Shown: positions 1 through 14,383 of the stretch, piece by piece
Layout: every line of letters begins with the position of its first letter
Numbering within the stretch: the stretch's first letter is position 1
Source: the human T2T-CHM13v2.0 reference genome, Homo sapiens
NCBI RefSeq assembly: GCF_009914755.1
Contig: NC_060938.1
DNA: 64,000 nucleotides
Direction: 5' to 3' (one strand)
Program-made: the position numbers and the translations under genes
The notes under the pieces: generated by a model
Databases searched by the model: none
What the model was told of the DNA's origin: nothing
Seen by the model: only the letters and a program-made list of their open reading frames with translations

Positions 1-3000
1 ATCTCTGCAGTGATCACCCAGGTGATGGACTCTTGTCTTAGATCTGCCTACATGGACATTTTGACACATCTCTGACCTGATCAACCAAGTGATGAAACTC
101 TTGCCTAGGCTCTGCCTAAATGGGCTTTGTGACACATCTCTGAACTGTTCACCCTGGGGAGGGAACTCTAGTCTACGCTCTGCCTACAGGAGGCTTTTTG
201 AGTTATACCTGCACTGATCATCTAGGTGATGTAACACTGGTCTAGAGTCTCCCTTCACCGGAATCCTCACATATCTCTGCACTGATCATCCAGTTGATGT
301 AACTCATTTCTAGATTCAGACTACAGGAGTGTTTTGACATATCTCTGCACTGATCAACCAGTTGATGTAACCCTTGACTAAGCTCTGCCTACAGGGGCAT
401 TGTGGCAGATCTCTCCACTGCTCACCCAGGTGATGTAACAATTGTCTGGGCTTTGCCTACAGGGGGCTTTGTGATATACATTTCCACTGATCAAACAGGT
501 GATGTAACCCTTGGCAAATTTCTGCTTACAGGGGTATTGTGAAATAACTCTGCACTGATCAACTAGGGGATGTAACTCTTGTCTAGGCTTTCCCTACATG
601 GGTGTTTTCACATATCCCTGAACTGATGAGAAAGATGATGTAACTCTTGCCTAGGCTTTGCCTACAGGGGATATTGTGACATATCTCTGCACTGATCTCC
701 CAGGTGATGCAACTCTACTCTATGCTCTGCCTACAGGGGACATAGTGACATATCTCTGCACTGATCACCCAGGTGATGGGACTTTTGTCTAGGCTCTGCC
801 TATGGGTGCATTGTGACATATCTCTACACTGATCACCCTGGTGATGTAACTCTTGTGTTGGATCTGCCTATGGGGGCATTGTGACATATTTCTGCACTGA
901 TCACCCAAGTGATGGGACTCTTATCTAGGCTCTGTGTATGGGTGCTTTGTGACATATGTCTGCACTGATCACCAAGGTGATGTAACGCTAGACTAGGCTC
1001 TGCCTACGAGGCATAGTGACAATCACTGCATTGATCACCGAGGTGATGTAACGCTTGTCCAGGCTCTGCCTATACGGTGCCTTGTGACATATCTCTGCAC
1101 TGATCATGGAGGTAATGTAACTCTTGCTTGTGCTCTGCCTGCAGGGCAGAGATATTGTCAAATATTTCTGCAATGATCACCCAGGTGATGGGACTCTTTT
1201 CTAGGCTCTGCCTACTGGGGGCATTGTCACATGTTTCTGCACTGATCACCCAGGTGACGGACTCTTGTCTTGGATTTGCCTATGGGGGCATTGTGACATA
1301 TCTCTGCACTGATCACCCAGGTGATGTAACTCTGGTCCAAGATCTGCCTAGAGGGGCATTGTGACAGATCTCTGCACTGATCACTCAGGTGATGCAACTC
1401 TTGTCTATGCTCTGCTCATAAGGGCCTTGCACATATCTCTGCACTGATCACGCAGGTGATGTAACTGTTGTCTAGGCTCTGCTTACAAAGGGTATTGTGA
1501 CATATCTCTGCACTGATCACCTAAGTGATGTAACACTTGTGTAGGCTCTCCCTACAGGGGCATTCTAACATATCTCTGCATTGTTAACCGAGGTGATGTA
1601 ACCCTTGTCTAGGCTGTGCCCACAGGGGTATTGAGACATATCTCTGCACTGATCCCGAGGTGATCCAACTCTTTCCTGGTGTCTGCCTACTGGGGATATT
1701 GTGAAATGTCTCTGCACTGATCTCCCAGGTGCTGTAACCTTAGTCTAGGCTCCAGCTACACGGCATTGTGACATATCACTGCACTGATCACCCACGTGAT
1801 ATAACTCTTGTCTAGGCTCTGCCTACAGGGGCTTGTGAAATATCTCTGCACTGATCACCCAGGTGATATAACTCTTCTCTAGGATCTGCCTACAGGGTGC
1901 TTTGTGACATATCCCTGCAATGATCACCCAGGTGATATACCACTTGTCAAGGCTCTGCCTACAGGGGCGTTGCGATGTATCTCTGCACTGATAACCTAGG
2001 ACATGTAACGCTTGTCTAGGCTCTGCCTACAGTGCCATTGGGACTTATCTCAGCAATGATCATCCAAGTGATGTATCTCTTGTCTAGGATCTGCCTAAAG
2101 GGACTTTGTGACATAACTCTGCACTGATCATCCAGGTGATGGGGCTTTTGTCTAGGCTCTGCCTAAGGGGGCATTGTGACATATTTCTGCATTGATCACC
2201 CAGGTGACAGACAATTGTCTTTGATTTGCCTATGGGGGCATTGTTACATATCTCTGCACTGATCACCCAGGTGCTGTAACAGTTGTATAAGCTCTGCCTA
2301 CAGGGGAATTGTGAGAGATCTCGCCACTGATCACCCAAGTGATGTAACTATTGTCTAGGCTTTGCCTACATGGGGCTTTGTGACATACCTTTGCACTGAT
2401 CACCCAGGTGACGTAACTCATCTAAGTTCTGCCTACAGGAGCTTTGTGACATATTTCTGCACTGATCACTTAGGTGATGTAACACTTTAATAAGCATTGC
2501 CTACAGGGAATTTTGACAAATCTCCACACTGATCACCTAGGTGATGTAACTCTTGTCTACCCTCCGCCCAAAGGGGGCATTGTGAAATATCTCTGCACTG
2601 ATCACCCAGGTGATTCAACTCTTGTCTAGGATCTGCCTACATGGGTTATTGTGAAATATCTCTGCAAGGATGAACTAGGTGATGTTACTCTTGTCTAGGC
2701 TCTGCCTACAGGGGCGTTTTCACATATCCCTGAACTGATGACAAAGGTGATGTAACTCTTGCCTGGGCTTTGCCTACAGGGGACATTGTGACATATCTCT
2801 GCACTAATCACCCAGGTGATGCAACTCTTCTCTATGCTCTGTCTACAGGGGACATTGTGACATATCTCTTAACTGATCACCCAGGTGATGCAAGTCTTCT
2901 CTAAGCTCTGCCTACAGGGTGCACTGTGACGTGTCTCTGCACTGATCACCCAGATGATGTAACTCTTTTCTAGACTCTGCCTACGGAAGGCGTTGTAACA

Positions 3001-5650
3001 TCACTCTGCACGGATCACCCGGGTTATGTAACTCTTGTCTAGGCTCTGCCTTTGGGGGCATTGTGACTTATCTCTGCACTGATAACGCAGGAGATGTGAC
3101 ATTTGTCTAAGCTCTGCTGAGAGGCACATTGGGACATGTCCCTGCAGTGATTGCTGAGGTGATCTAAAAGTTGTCTAGGCTTTACCTACAGTGGGATTTA
3201 TGACATATCTCTGCACTGATCACCCAGGTGATGTAACTCTTTTCTAGGCTCTGCTAACAGGGGCCTTTTCACATATCACTGCACTGATCACCGAGATGAT
3301 GTAACTCTTGTATAGGTTTCGCCGACTGGGGGCATTGAGACATATCTCTGTGCTGATCACCGAGGTGATGTAACTCTTGTCTGGGATCTGCTTACAGGGG
3401 TCATTGTGACATATCTCTTCCCTGATCACACAGGTGATGTAACGCTTGTCTAGGCTCTGCCTCCTGGAAATATTGTGACATATCTCCGCAGTGATCACTC
3501 AGGTGATGTCACTTTTGTGAAGGATATGGCTACAGGGACATTGTGACATGTCTCTGCACTGATCACACAGCTGATGTAATTCTTGTCTAGGCTCTGGCTA
3601 CAGGGGGCTTATGACACATCCCTAAACTGATCACCCAGGTAATGTAACCATAGTCTAGGCTCTGCCAAAAGGGGGCATTGTGACATAACTCTGCACTGAT
3701 CACCCAGGTGATGGGACTCTTGTCTAGGCTCTGCCTACAGGGGCATTGTGACATATCTCTGCACTGATCAAGCGGGTGATGTAACTCTTGTCTATATCTG
3801 CCTACTGGCGGCATTGTGGCATATTTGTGCACTGATCACCCAGATGATGGACTCTTGTCTTGGATCTGCCTATGGGGGCATCATGACATATCTCTGCACT
3901 GATCACTCATGTGATGTAATGCTTGTCTAAGCTGCGCCTAAAGGGGAAATGGAACAGATATCTCCACTGACCACCCAGGTGAGGTAACAATTTTCTGGGA
4001 TTGTCTACAGGGGGCTTTGTGACATATATTTGCACTGATCACCCAGGAGATGTGACTCTTGTCTAGGCTCGGCCTACAGGGGCTTTGTGACATATTTCTG
4101 CACTGATCACCTAGGTGATGTAACTCTTGTCTAGGCTCCAACTACAGGAGGTATTGTGACGTATCTCTGCACTGATCACACAGGTGATGTAACTCTTGTC
4201 TAGGCTCCACTTACAGGGTGTATTGAGACGTATCGCTACACTGATCACCCAGGTGATGTAACATTTATCTAGGCTCTGCCTACTGGGGCGTTTTGACATA
4301 GCTCTGCACAGATCACATAGGTTATGTAACTCTTGTCCACTCTCTGCCTACAGGGGGCATTGTGAAATATCTCTGCACTGATCACCCAGGTGATGGGACT
4401 CTTCTCTATACTCTGCCTAGAGGTGGATTTGTGACATATCTCTGCACTGATCACCCAGGTGATGGAAGTCTTGCCTAGGCTCTGTCTATGGGGGCATTGT
4501 ATCAAATATCTGCACTGATCCCCCAGGTGTTGTAACTCTTGTCTAGGCTCTGTCTACAGGGATTTTTCTGACATATCACTGCACTCATCACCTAGGTGAT
4601 GTAAGGCTTGTATGGGCTTTGCGTACAGAAGGCTTTGTGACATATCTATGCACTGACCTCTGAGGTGATGCAACTCTTGTCTAGGCACTGCCTACAGGAG
4701 ACATTGGTACATCTCTCTGCACTGATCACCCAGGTGATGGCCTCTTGTCTTATATCTGCCTACATGGACATTGTGGCACATCTCTGAACAGATCGAGCAA
4801 GTGATGAAACTCTTGTCTAGGCTCTGCCTACGGGGGTTTTGAGTACACATCTCTGTACTGATCACCCTGGGGAGGGAACTCTTGTCTACTCTCTGCCTAC
4901 AAGAGGCTTTATGACTTATACCTACACTGGTAACCTATGTGATGTAACACTTGTCTAGGCTCTGTCTACACGGGAATTCTCACATGTCTCTGCACTGATC
5001 ACCCGGGTGATGGAACTCCTGTCTAGGTTCAGCCTACAGGAGGGTTTTGACATATCTCTGCACTGATCATCCAGGTGATGTAACCCTTTTCTAAGCTCTG
5101 CCTCCAGGGGCATTGTGACAGATCTCTCCACTGCTCAACCAGGTGATGTAACAATTGTCTGGACTTTGCTTACAGGGGGCTTTGTGATATAAAATTCTAG
5201 TGATCAAACAGATGATGTAACCCTTGTCAAGGTTCTGCTTACAGGGGCTTTGTGACATACCTCTGCACTGATCACCCCAGGGAGGAAACATTTGTCTACA
5301 CTCTGACTACAGGGGGCTTTAGGACTTATCCCTGCACTGATCACTAGGTGATGGAACACTTGTCTAGGCTCTGTCTACATGGGAATTTTCACATATATCT
5401 ACACTGATCACCTAAGTGATGTAACCCTTGTCTAGGTTCAGCCTATTGGGGATTTCTGACATACCTATGCACTGATCACCGAGGTGATGTAAATCATTTC
5501 CAGGCTTTTTGTACAGGGGACATTGTGATATATCTCTGCACTGATCACCCAAATGATGCAAATATTCTCTAGGCTCCGCAGGGAGGGGGCATTGTGATAT
5601 ATTTCTGAACTGATCATCCAGGAGATGTAACTATTCTCCAGGCTTTGAGT
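1..5650 (+). repeat. Beta-satellite (68-bp Sau3A/BSR) tandem array, window-majority orientation
   Basis: Continuous diverged ~68-bp monomers close to GATCACCCAGGTGATGTAACTCTTGTCTAGGCTCTGCCTACAGGGGGCATTGTGACATATCTCTGCACT, with a GATC (Sau3A) site in most monomers. Strand is given relative to this consensus. Confidence 0.97.
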
Positions 5651-5987
5651 GAAGAGCGTTGGAAGGTGTTGGGAGAGCCTCAGCCGGAATTTCACGGATG
5701 GACAGGGGCACAGAGGGGCCAGCAGGCTCCCTTGCACATTAGCCGGGGTGCTCAATGAGCGCAGGTCTAGCCAGGAGGCCAGCAAATAGAGCTATAGGTC
5801 TGCGTTCTGATGCCAGGTGCTCCATGGTTGCAGCTGGGGGGCTACAGGGGCACGGGCCGGCCGGCGACGGTGGCGCTGAGGCGCAGAGGAGGCGAGCCGC
5901 TAGAGAGGTGTCAGGCCTGCACGGTGTGCGGGCCCATTGTTTTGCGGGACGGGGGTCTACACCCAGCCCAGGTGGGGATGTATTTTC
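5651..5987 (-). repeat. Distal (pLAM-like/LSau) end of a D4Z4-like unit, cut by the inverted segment
   Basis: Collinear with the left ends of the intact units (e.g. 41487-41820). It stops abruptly at ...ggggatgtattttc (5987), where the strand switches. Confidence 0.9.
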
Positions 5988-7012
5988 TCAAGTGGGGCCA
6001 CCGGGCCAAGGTGTGCTTGCGCCACCCACGTCCCAGGGGAGTCATTGTTGGGGCCGCGGCCGGGGTCCCCAGGTTGCCAGGGCGGCATGGGAACCCCAAG
6101 CCGGGGCAGCTCCACCTCGCCAGCCTGCGACCACGGAGGTCTCCGTGCGGCAGGGGCAGATGTAAGGCATGCCGGTGCCCTCCAAGGCGCTCCAGGAGCC
6201 GGAGCACTCATCTGCACTCCCCTCCGGCCTGCTGCTGGATGAGCTCCTTGCGGGCCCAGAGATTTTGCAGCAGGTGCAACTCTCCTAGAATCGGAGGCCC
6301 CGGGTGAGCTGGAGGCCTTCTAAGGGGTCGCCTCGCTGGAAGCACCCCTCAGCGAGGAAGAATACCGGGCTCTGCTGGAGGAGCTTTAGGACGCGGGGAT
6401 GGGAAGGGGTCGGGTCGGGGCAGGGCATTGGCCTCTCTTTCACGGGGAACACCTGGCTGGCTACGGAGGAGCGTGTCTTCCACCCGCCCCATCCCCCGGG
6501 CTGACCGGCCTGGGATTCCTGGCTTCTTGGTCTAGGCCCGGTGAGAGACTCCACAGAGCGTAGAACTGCCATTCTTTCCTGGGCATCCCAGGGATCCCCG
6601 AGCGGGCCCAGGTACCAACAGGTGGGCCGCCTACTACACACGCGCGGGTTTGCAGGCAGCCGCCTGGGCTGTGGGAGCAGCCCGGGCTGAGCTCTCATGC
6701 CTTTCCACCACCCCACCCCCGCCTGACCACACCTTCCCCACCCCCACCCCCCACCCCCGGGAAATGCGTCCTCCCCTGGGCTGGGTGGAGACCCCCGTAC
6801 CGCGAAACACCGGGCCTGCGCAGCGTCCAGGCCTGACAACCCTCCGGCGGCTCTCCTCCTCTGTGCCTCTGGGCCACCGTCGCCGGCCAGCCTGTGCCCC
6901 TGCAGCCTCTCAGCTGCCACCATGGAGCGCCTGGCGGTGGAACGGAGACATATAGCTCTCTTTGCCGGCCTCCTGGCTAGACCTGCGCTCATTGTGCACC
7001 CTGGCTGTCGTG
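5987..7012 (+). pseudogene. DUX4L: 3' fragment of a DUX4-like unit: C-terminal coding region to the native stop TAG 6387-6389, downstream intron/exon-like sequence, KpnI site 6611-6616, LSau-type sequence and partial pLAM-like tail
   Basis: Translates as [18 protein letters not shown]...[10 protein letters not shown], then a premature TAA at 6163-6165, and ends ...[13 protein letters not shown]. No homeoboxes or promoter are present. Confidence 0.9.
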
Positions 7013-10000
7013 GTGTTGTTGCATCACCAGGGTGATCCGTGGAGATATCTGTCACAATTCCCCTTCAGGCACAGCTATGACAAGCGTTACATCACATGAG
7101 TGATCAGTGCAGAGATATGTCACTATGATCCCATAGGCAGATCCAAGACAAGAGTCCATCACCTGGGTGATCAGTGCAGAAATATGCCACAGTGACACCA
7201 GTAGGCAGATATAGACAAGACTTACATCACCTGGGTTATCACTGCAGAGATATGTCACAATGCCCCTGTAGGCAGAGCCTAGAGACAAGTCCCATCACCT
7301 GGGTGATCAGTGCAGAGTTATGTCACAATGCCTCCTTTTGGCAGAGCCTAGACAAGGGTTGCATCACCTGGGTGATTAGTGCAGAGATGTGTCACAAGCC
7401 CCCTGTAGCCAGAGCCTAGACAAGAGTTACATCAGCTGTGTGATCAGTGCAGTGACATGTCACAATGTCCCTGTAGCCATTTCCTAGACAAAAGTGACAT
7501 CACCTGGGTGATCAGTGCGGAGATACGTCACAATGTCTCCAGTAGGCAGAGCCTAGACAAGCGTTACATCACCTGGGTGATCAGGGCAGAGATATGTCAC
7601 AATGCCCCTGTAAGCATATCCCAGACAAGAGTTGCATCACCTCGGTGATCAGTGCAGAGATATGTCTCAATGCCCCCTGTCGGCGAAGCCTATACTAGAG
7701 TTACATCATCTCGGTGATCAGTGCAGTGATTTGTCAAAATGCTCCTGTAGGCAGAGCCTAGACAAGAGTTAAATCACCTGGGTAAGCAGTGCATAGATAT
7801 GTCATAAATCCCACTGTAGGCAGAGCCTAGACAAGTTTTACATCACCTCAGTGATCAGTGCAGAGATATGTCCTAATGTTCCTCTAGGCAGAGCTTAGAC
7901 AAGGGTCACATCTCTTGGGTGATCAGTGCAGAAATAAGTCACAATACCCCCATAGGCAGAGCCTAGACAACAGTTACATAACCCGAGTGATCCCTGCAGT
8001 GTGATGTCAAAACGACCTCTGTAGGCAGAGACTAGAAAAGGGTTACATCACCTGGGTGATCAGTGAAGAGATATGTCACAACGTCCCCTGTAGGCAAAGC
8101 CTAGGCAACAGTTACATCACCTTTGTCATCAGTTCAGGGATATTTTGAAACGCCCCTGTAGGCAGATTCTAGACAAGAGTTACTTCACCTAGTGGATCAG
8201 TGCAGAGATATTTCACAATACCCCCTGTGGGCAGATCCTAGACAAGAGCTGAATCAACTGGGTGATCAGTGCAGAGATATTTCACAATGCCCCCTTTGGG
8301 CAGAGGGTAGACAAGAGTAACATCCCCTAGGGATCAGTGCAGAGATTTGTCAAAATTCCCTGTAGGCAGTGCTTATAAAAGTGTTACATCACCTAAGTGA
8401 TCAGTGCAAATATATGTCACAAAGCTCCTGTTGGCAGAACTTAGATGAGTTACATCAACTGGGTGATCAGTGCAAAGGTATGTCACAACGCCCCGTCTAG
8501 GTAAAGCCTAGACAATAGTTACATCACTTGAGTGATCAGTGGTGAGATCTCTCACTATTCCCCTGTTAGTAGAGCTTACACAACAGTTACATCACCTGGG
8601 TGATCAGTGCAGAGATATCTCACAATGCCCCCATAGGCAGATCCAAGACAAGAGTCCGTCACCTGGGTGATCAGTGCAGAAATATATCACAATGCCCTCT
8701 TAGGCAGAGCCTAGACAAAAGCCCCATCACTTGGATGATCAGTGTAGAGTTATGTCACAAAGTCCCTTTAGGCAGATCCTAGACAAGAGTTACATCACTT
8801 GGATGATCAGTGCAGAGATATGTCACTGTGCCACTGTAGGCAGAGCCTAGACAAGAGTTACGTGACCTAGGTGATCAGTGCAGAGATACATCACAATGTC
8901 CCTGTAGGCAGAGCCTTGACAAGTGGTACATCACCTGGGTGATCATTGCAGGGATATGTCACAAAACACCCTGTAGGTAGATTGTAGATAAGAGTTACAT
9001 CACCTGGGTGATCAGTGTAGTGACATGTCACAATGCCACTGTAGGCAGAGCCTAGACAAGAGTTATATCACCTCGATGATAAATACAGTCATATGTCACA
9101 ATGCCGTGTAGCCAGAGCCTAGACTAAAGTTGCAGCACCTGAGAAATCAGTGCAGAGATATGTCACAATCTCCCCAGTAGGCAGAGACCAGGCAAGATTT
9201 GGATCACCAAGGAATCAGTGCAGAGATGTGTCTCAATCCCCCTCTGGGCAAAACTTAGACAAGAGTTACATCACCTCAGTTAACAGTGCAGAGATATGTC
9301 AAAATGCCCCTGTAGGCAGAGCCTACAGAAGTGTTACATCACTTAGGTGATCAGTGCAGAAATATGTCACAATACCCCCTATAAACAGAGCCTAGACAAG
9401 AGTTACATCACCTGGGTGATCAGTGCAGAGGTATGTGACAAGGCCCCTTTAAGCAGAGCCTGGAAAACAGTTACATCACCTAAGTGATCAGTGCAGAGAT
9501 CTGTCACCATGCCCCTTTAGGCAGAGCTTAGACCAGAGTTACATCACCTGGGTGATCAGGGCAGAGATATCTCAAAATGCCCCTATAGGCAAATACAATA
9601 AACAATAATGTCACCTGGGTGATCGGTGCAAACATATGTGACAATGCCCCCAGTAGGCAGAGCCTAGAGAAGAGTCCCATCACCTGGGTGATCAGTGCAG
9701 AGATATTTCACAATGCCCCTGCAGGCAGAGCATAAGCAAGAGTTACATCACCTAGATGATCAGTGCAGAGATATGTCACAAAGCCCCCTATACGCAGAGC
9801 ATGGAGAAGAGTTACATCACCTTGGTGATCTCTGCAGTGATATGTCCCTATGCCCTGTAGGTAAAGCCTAGTCAAGCATTACATCACCTGGGTAATCAGT
9901 GCAGAGATATGTCACAAAGCCCCCATACACAGAGCCTAGACAAGAGTCCCATCACCTGGATGATCAGTGTAGAAATATGTCACAATGCCCCCATAGGCAG

Positions 10001-10254
10001 ATCCAACACGAGAGTTACATCACCTGGGTGATCAGTGTAGAGATATGTCACAATGCCCCCATAGGCAGAGCCTAGACAAAAGTCCCATCACCTGGGTGAT
10101 CAGTGTAGAGATATGTCACAATGCCCCCATAGGCAAAGCCTAGACAAAAGTCCCATCACCTGGGTGATCAGTGCAGAGATATGTCACAAAGCCCCTGTAG
10201 GCAGAGCCTAGACAAGAGTTACATCACTTTGTTGATCAGTTCAGAGATGTATCA
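7013..10254 (-). repeat. Beta-satellite array in inverted orientation (~3.2 kb)
   Basis: Monomers read as the reverse complement of the rest of the window (…GTAGGCAGAGCCTAGACAAGAGTTACATCACCTGGGTGATCAGTGCAGAGATATGTCACAATGCCCC…). Confidence 0.97.
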
Positions 10255-12123
<1,869 letters not shown>

Positions 12124-12321
12124 TGGCAGTTCTCCGCTGTGTGGAGTCTCCGCTGTGTGGAGTCTCTCACCGGGCCTAGACCTAGAAGGCAGGAATCCCA
12201 GGCTGGTCAGCCCGGTGGAGGTGGCGTGGGGAAGACACGACCCTACATAGCCAGCCAGGTGTTCCCTGCGAAAGAGAGGCCACCGCCCTGCCCTGAGCCG
12301 ACCCCTTCCCAACCTTGCATC

Positions 12322-13800
<1,479 letters not shown>

Positions 13801-14383
13801 CAGAATGGTCCCAGAGCTTCGAGGCCTGCTGCCGGGGGGTGGTGGTTTAGGTTGGGAGGGTGTGGTGATGGTGGTGGTGGGGACGGAGAGACAAAGAGGA
13901 AGGGGGCGAGGGGGAAGGGGTGAGGGGGGCGCGTTTCGCGGGCTGGCTCTCCAGACATCTCCAGGAACCCCTCGGGAACTGGAAGCCGCTCTCTAGGCTC
14001 CCAAGCATCTTCAGCAGGGAGAAACCGGCCTGGGAGGGTGGAAGGGAGTGTGGAACTGAAACTCTGCGGGAGTCTTGAGTGTTCCAGGCCCTCCCTCTGC
14101 GAAGGAGGCAGTGCCTGTGGGTGTTGCCGTTGCTGGGACAGTCTCACACACGCAGGCGTGTGGCTCTCATTCATTTCCACGTAGGAGACCAGAGCGAGAG
14201 CCCAGAAAGAAGGTGCCTCCACGGCGTGATGGCCTGACGATGGATTCCCGTGTGCGGCAACATGGGGAGTCTGCAGTTTGGCCGATTTGGAAACGCAAAG
14301 AGAGCGAAGGCACCATGGCAGTCTTCCACCTTTCCCTGAATGTTTCCGGGTGCCTGCAGTGCTCCGGGAGCAAACAGTCAGCA

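Noticed and set aside
5755-6307. ORFs crossing the left inversion junction (136 aa, 165 aa)
   Set aside because: These are chance chimeras of antisense tail and sense DUX C-terminal sequence, with no promoter and no homeodomain.
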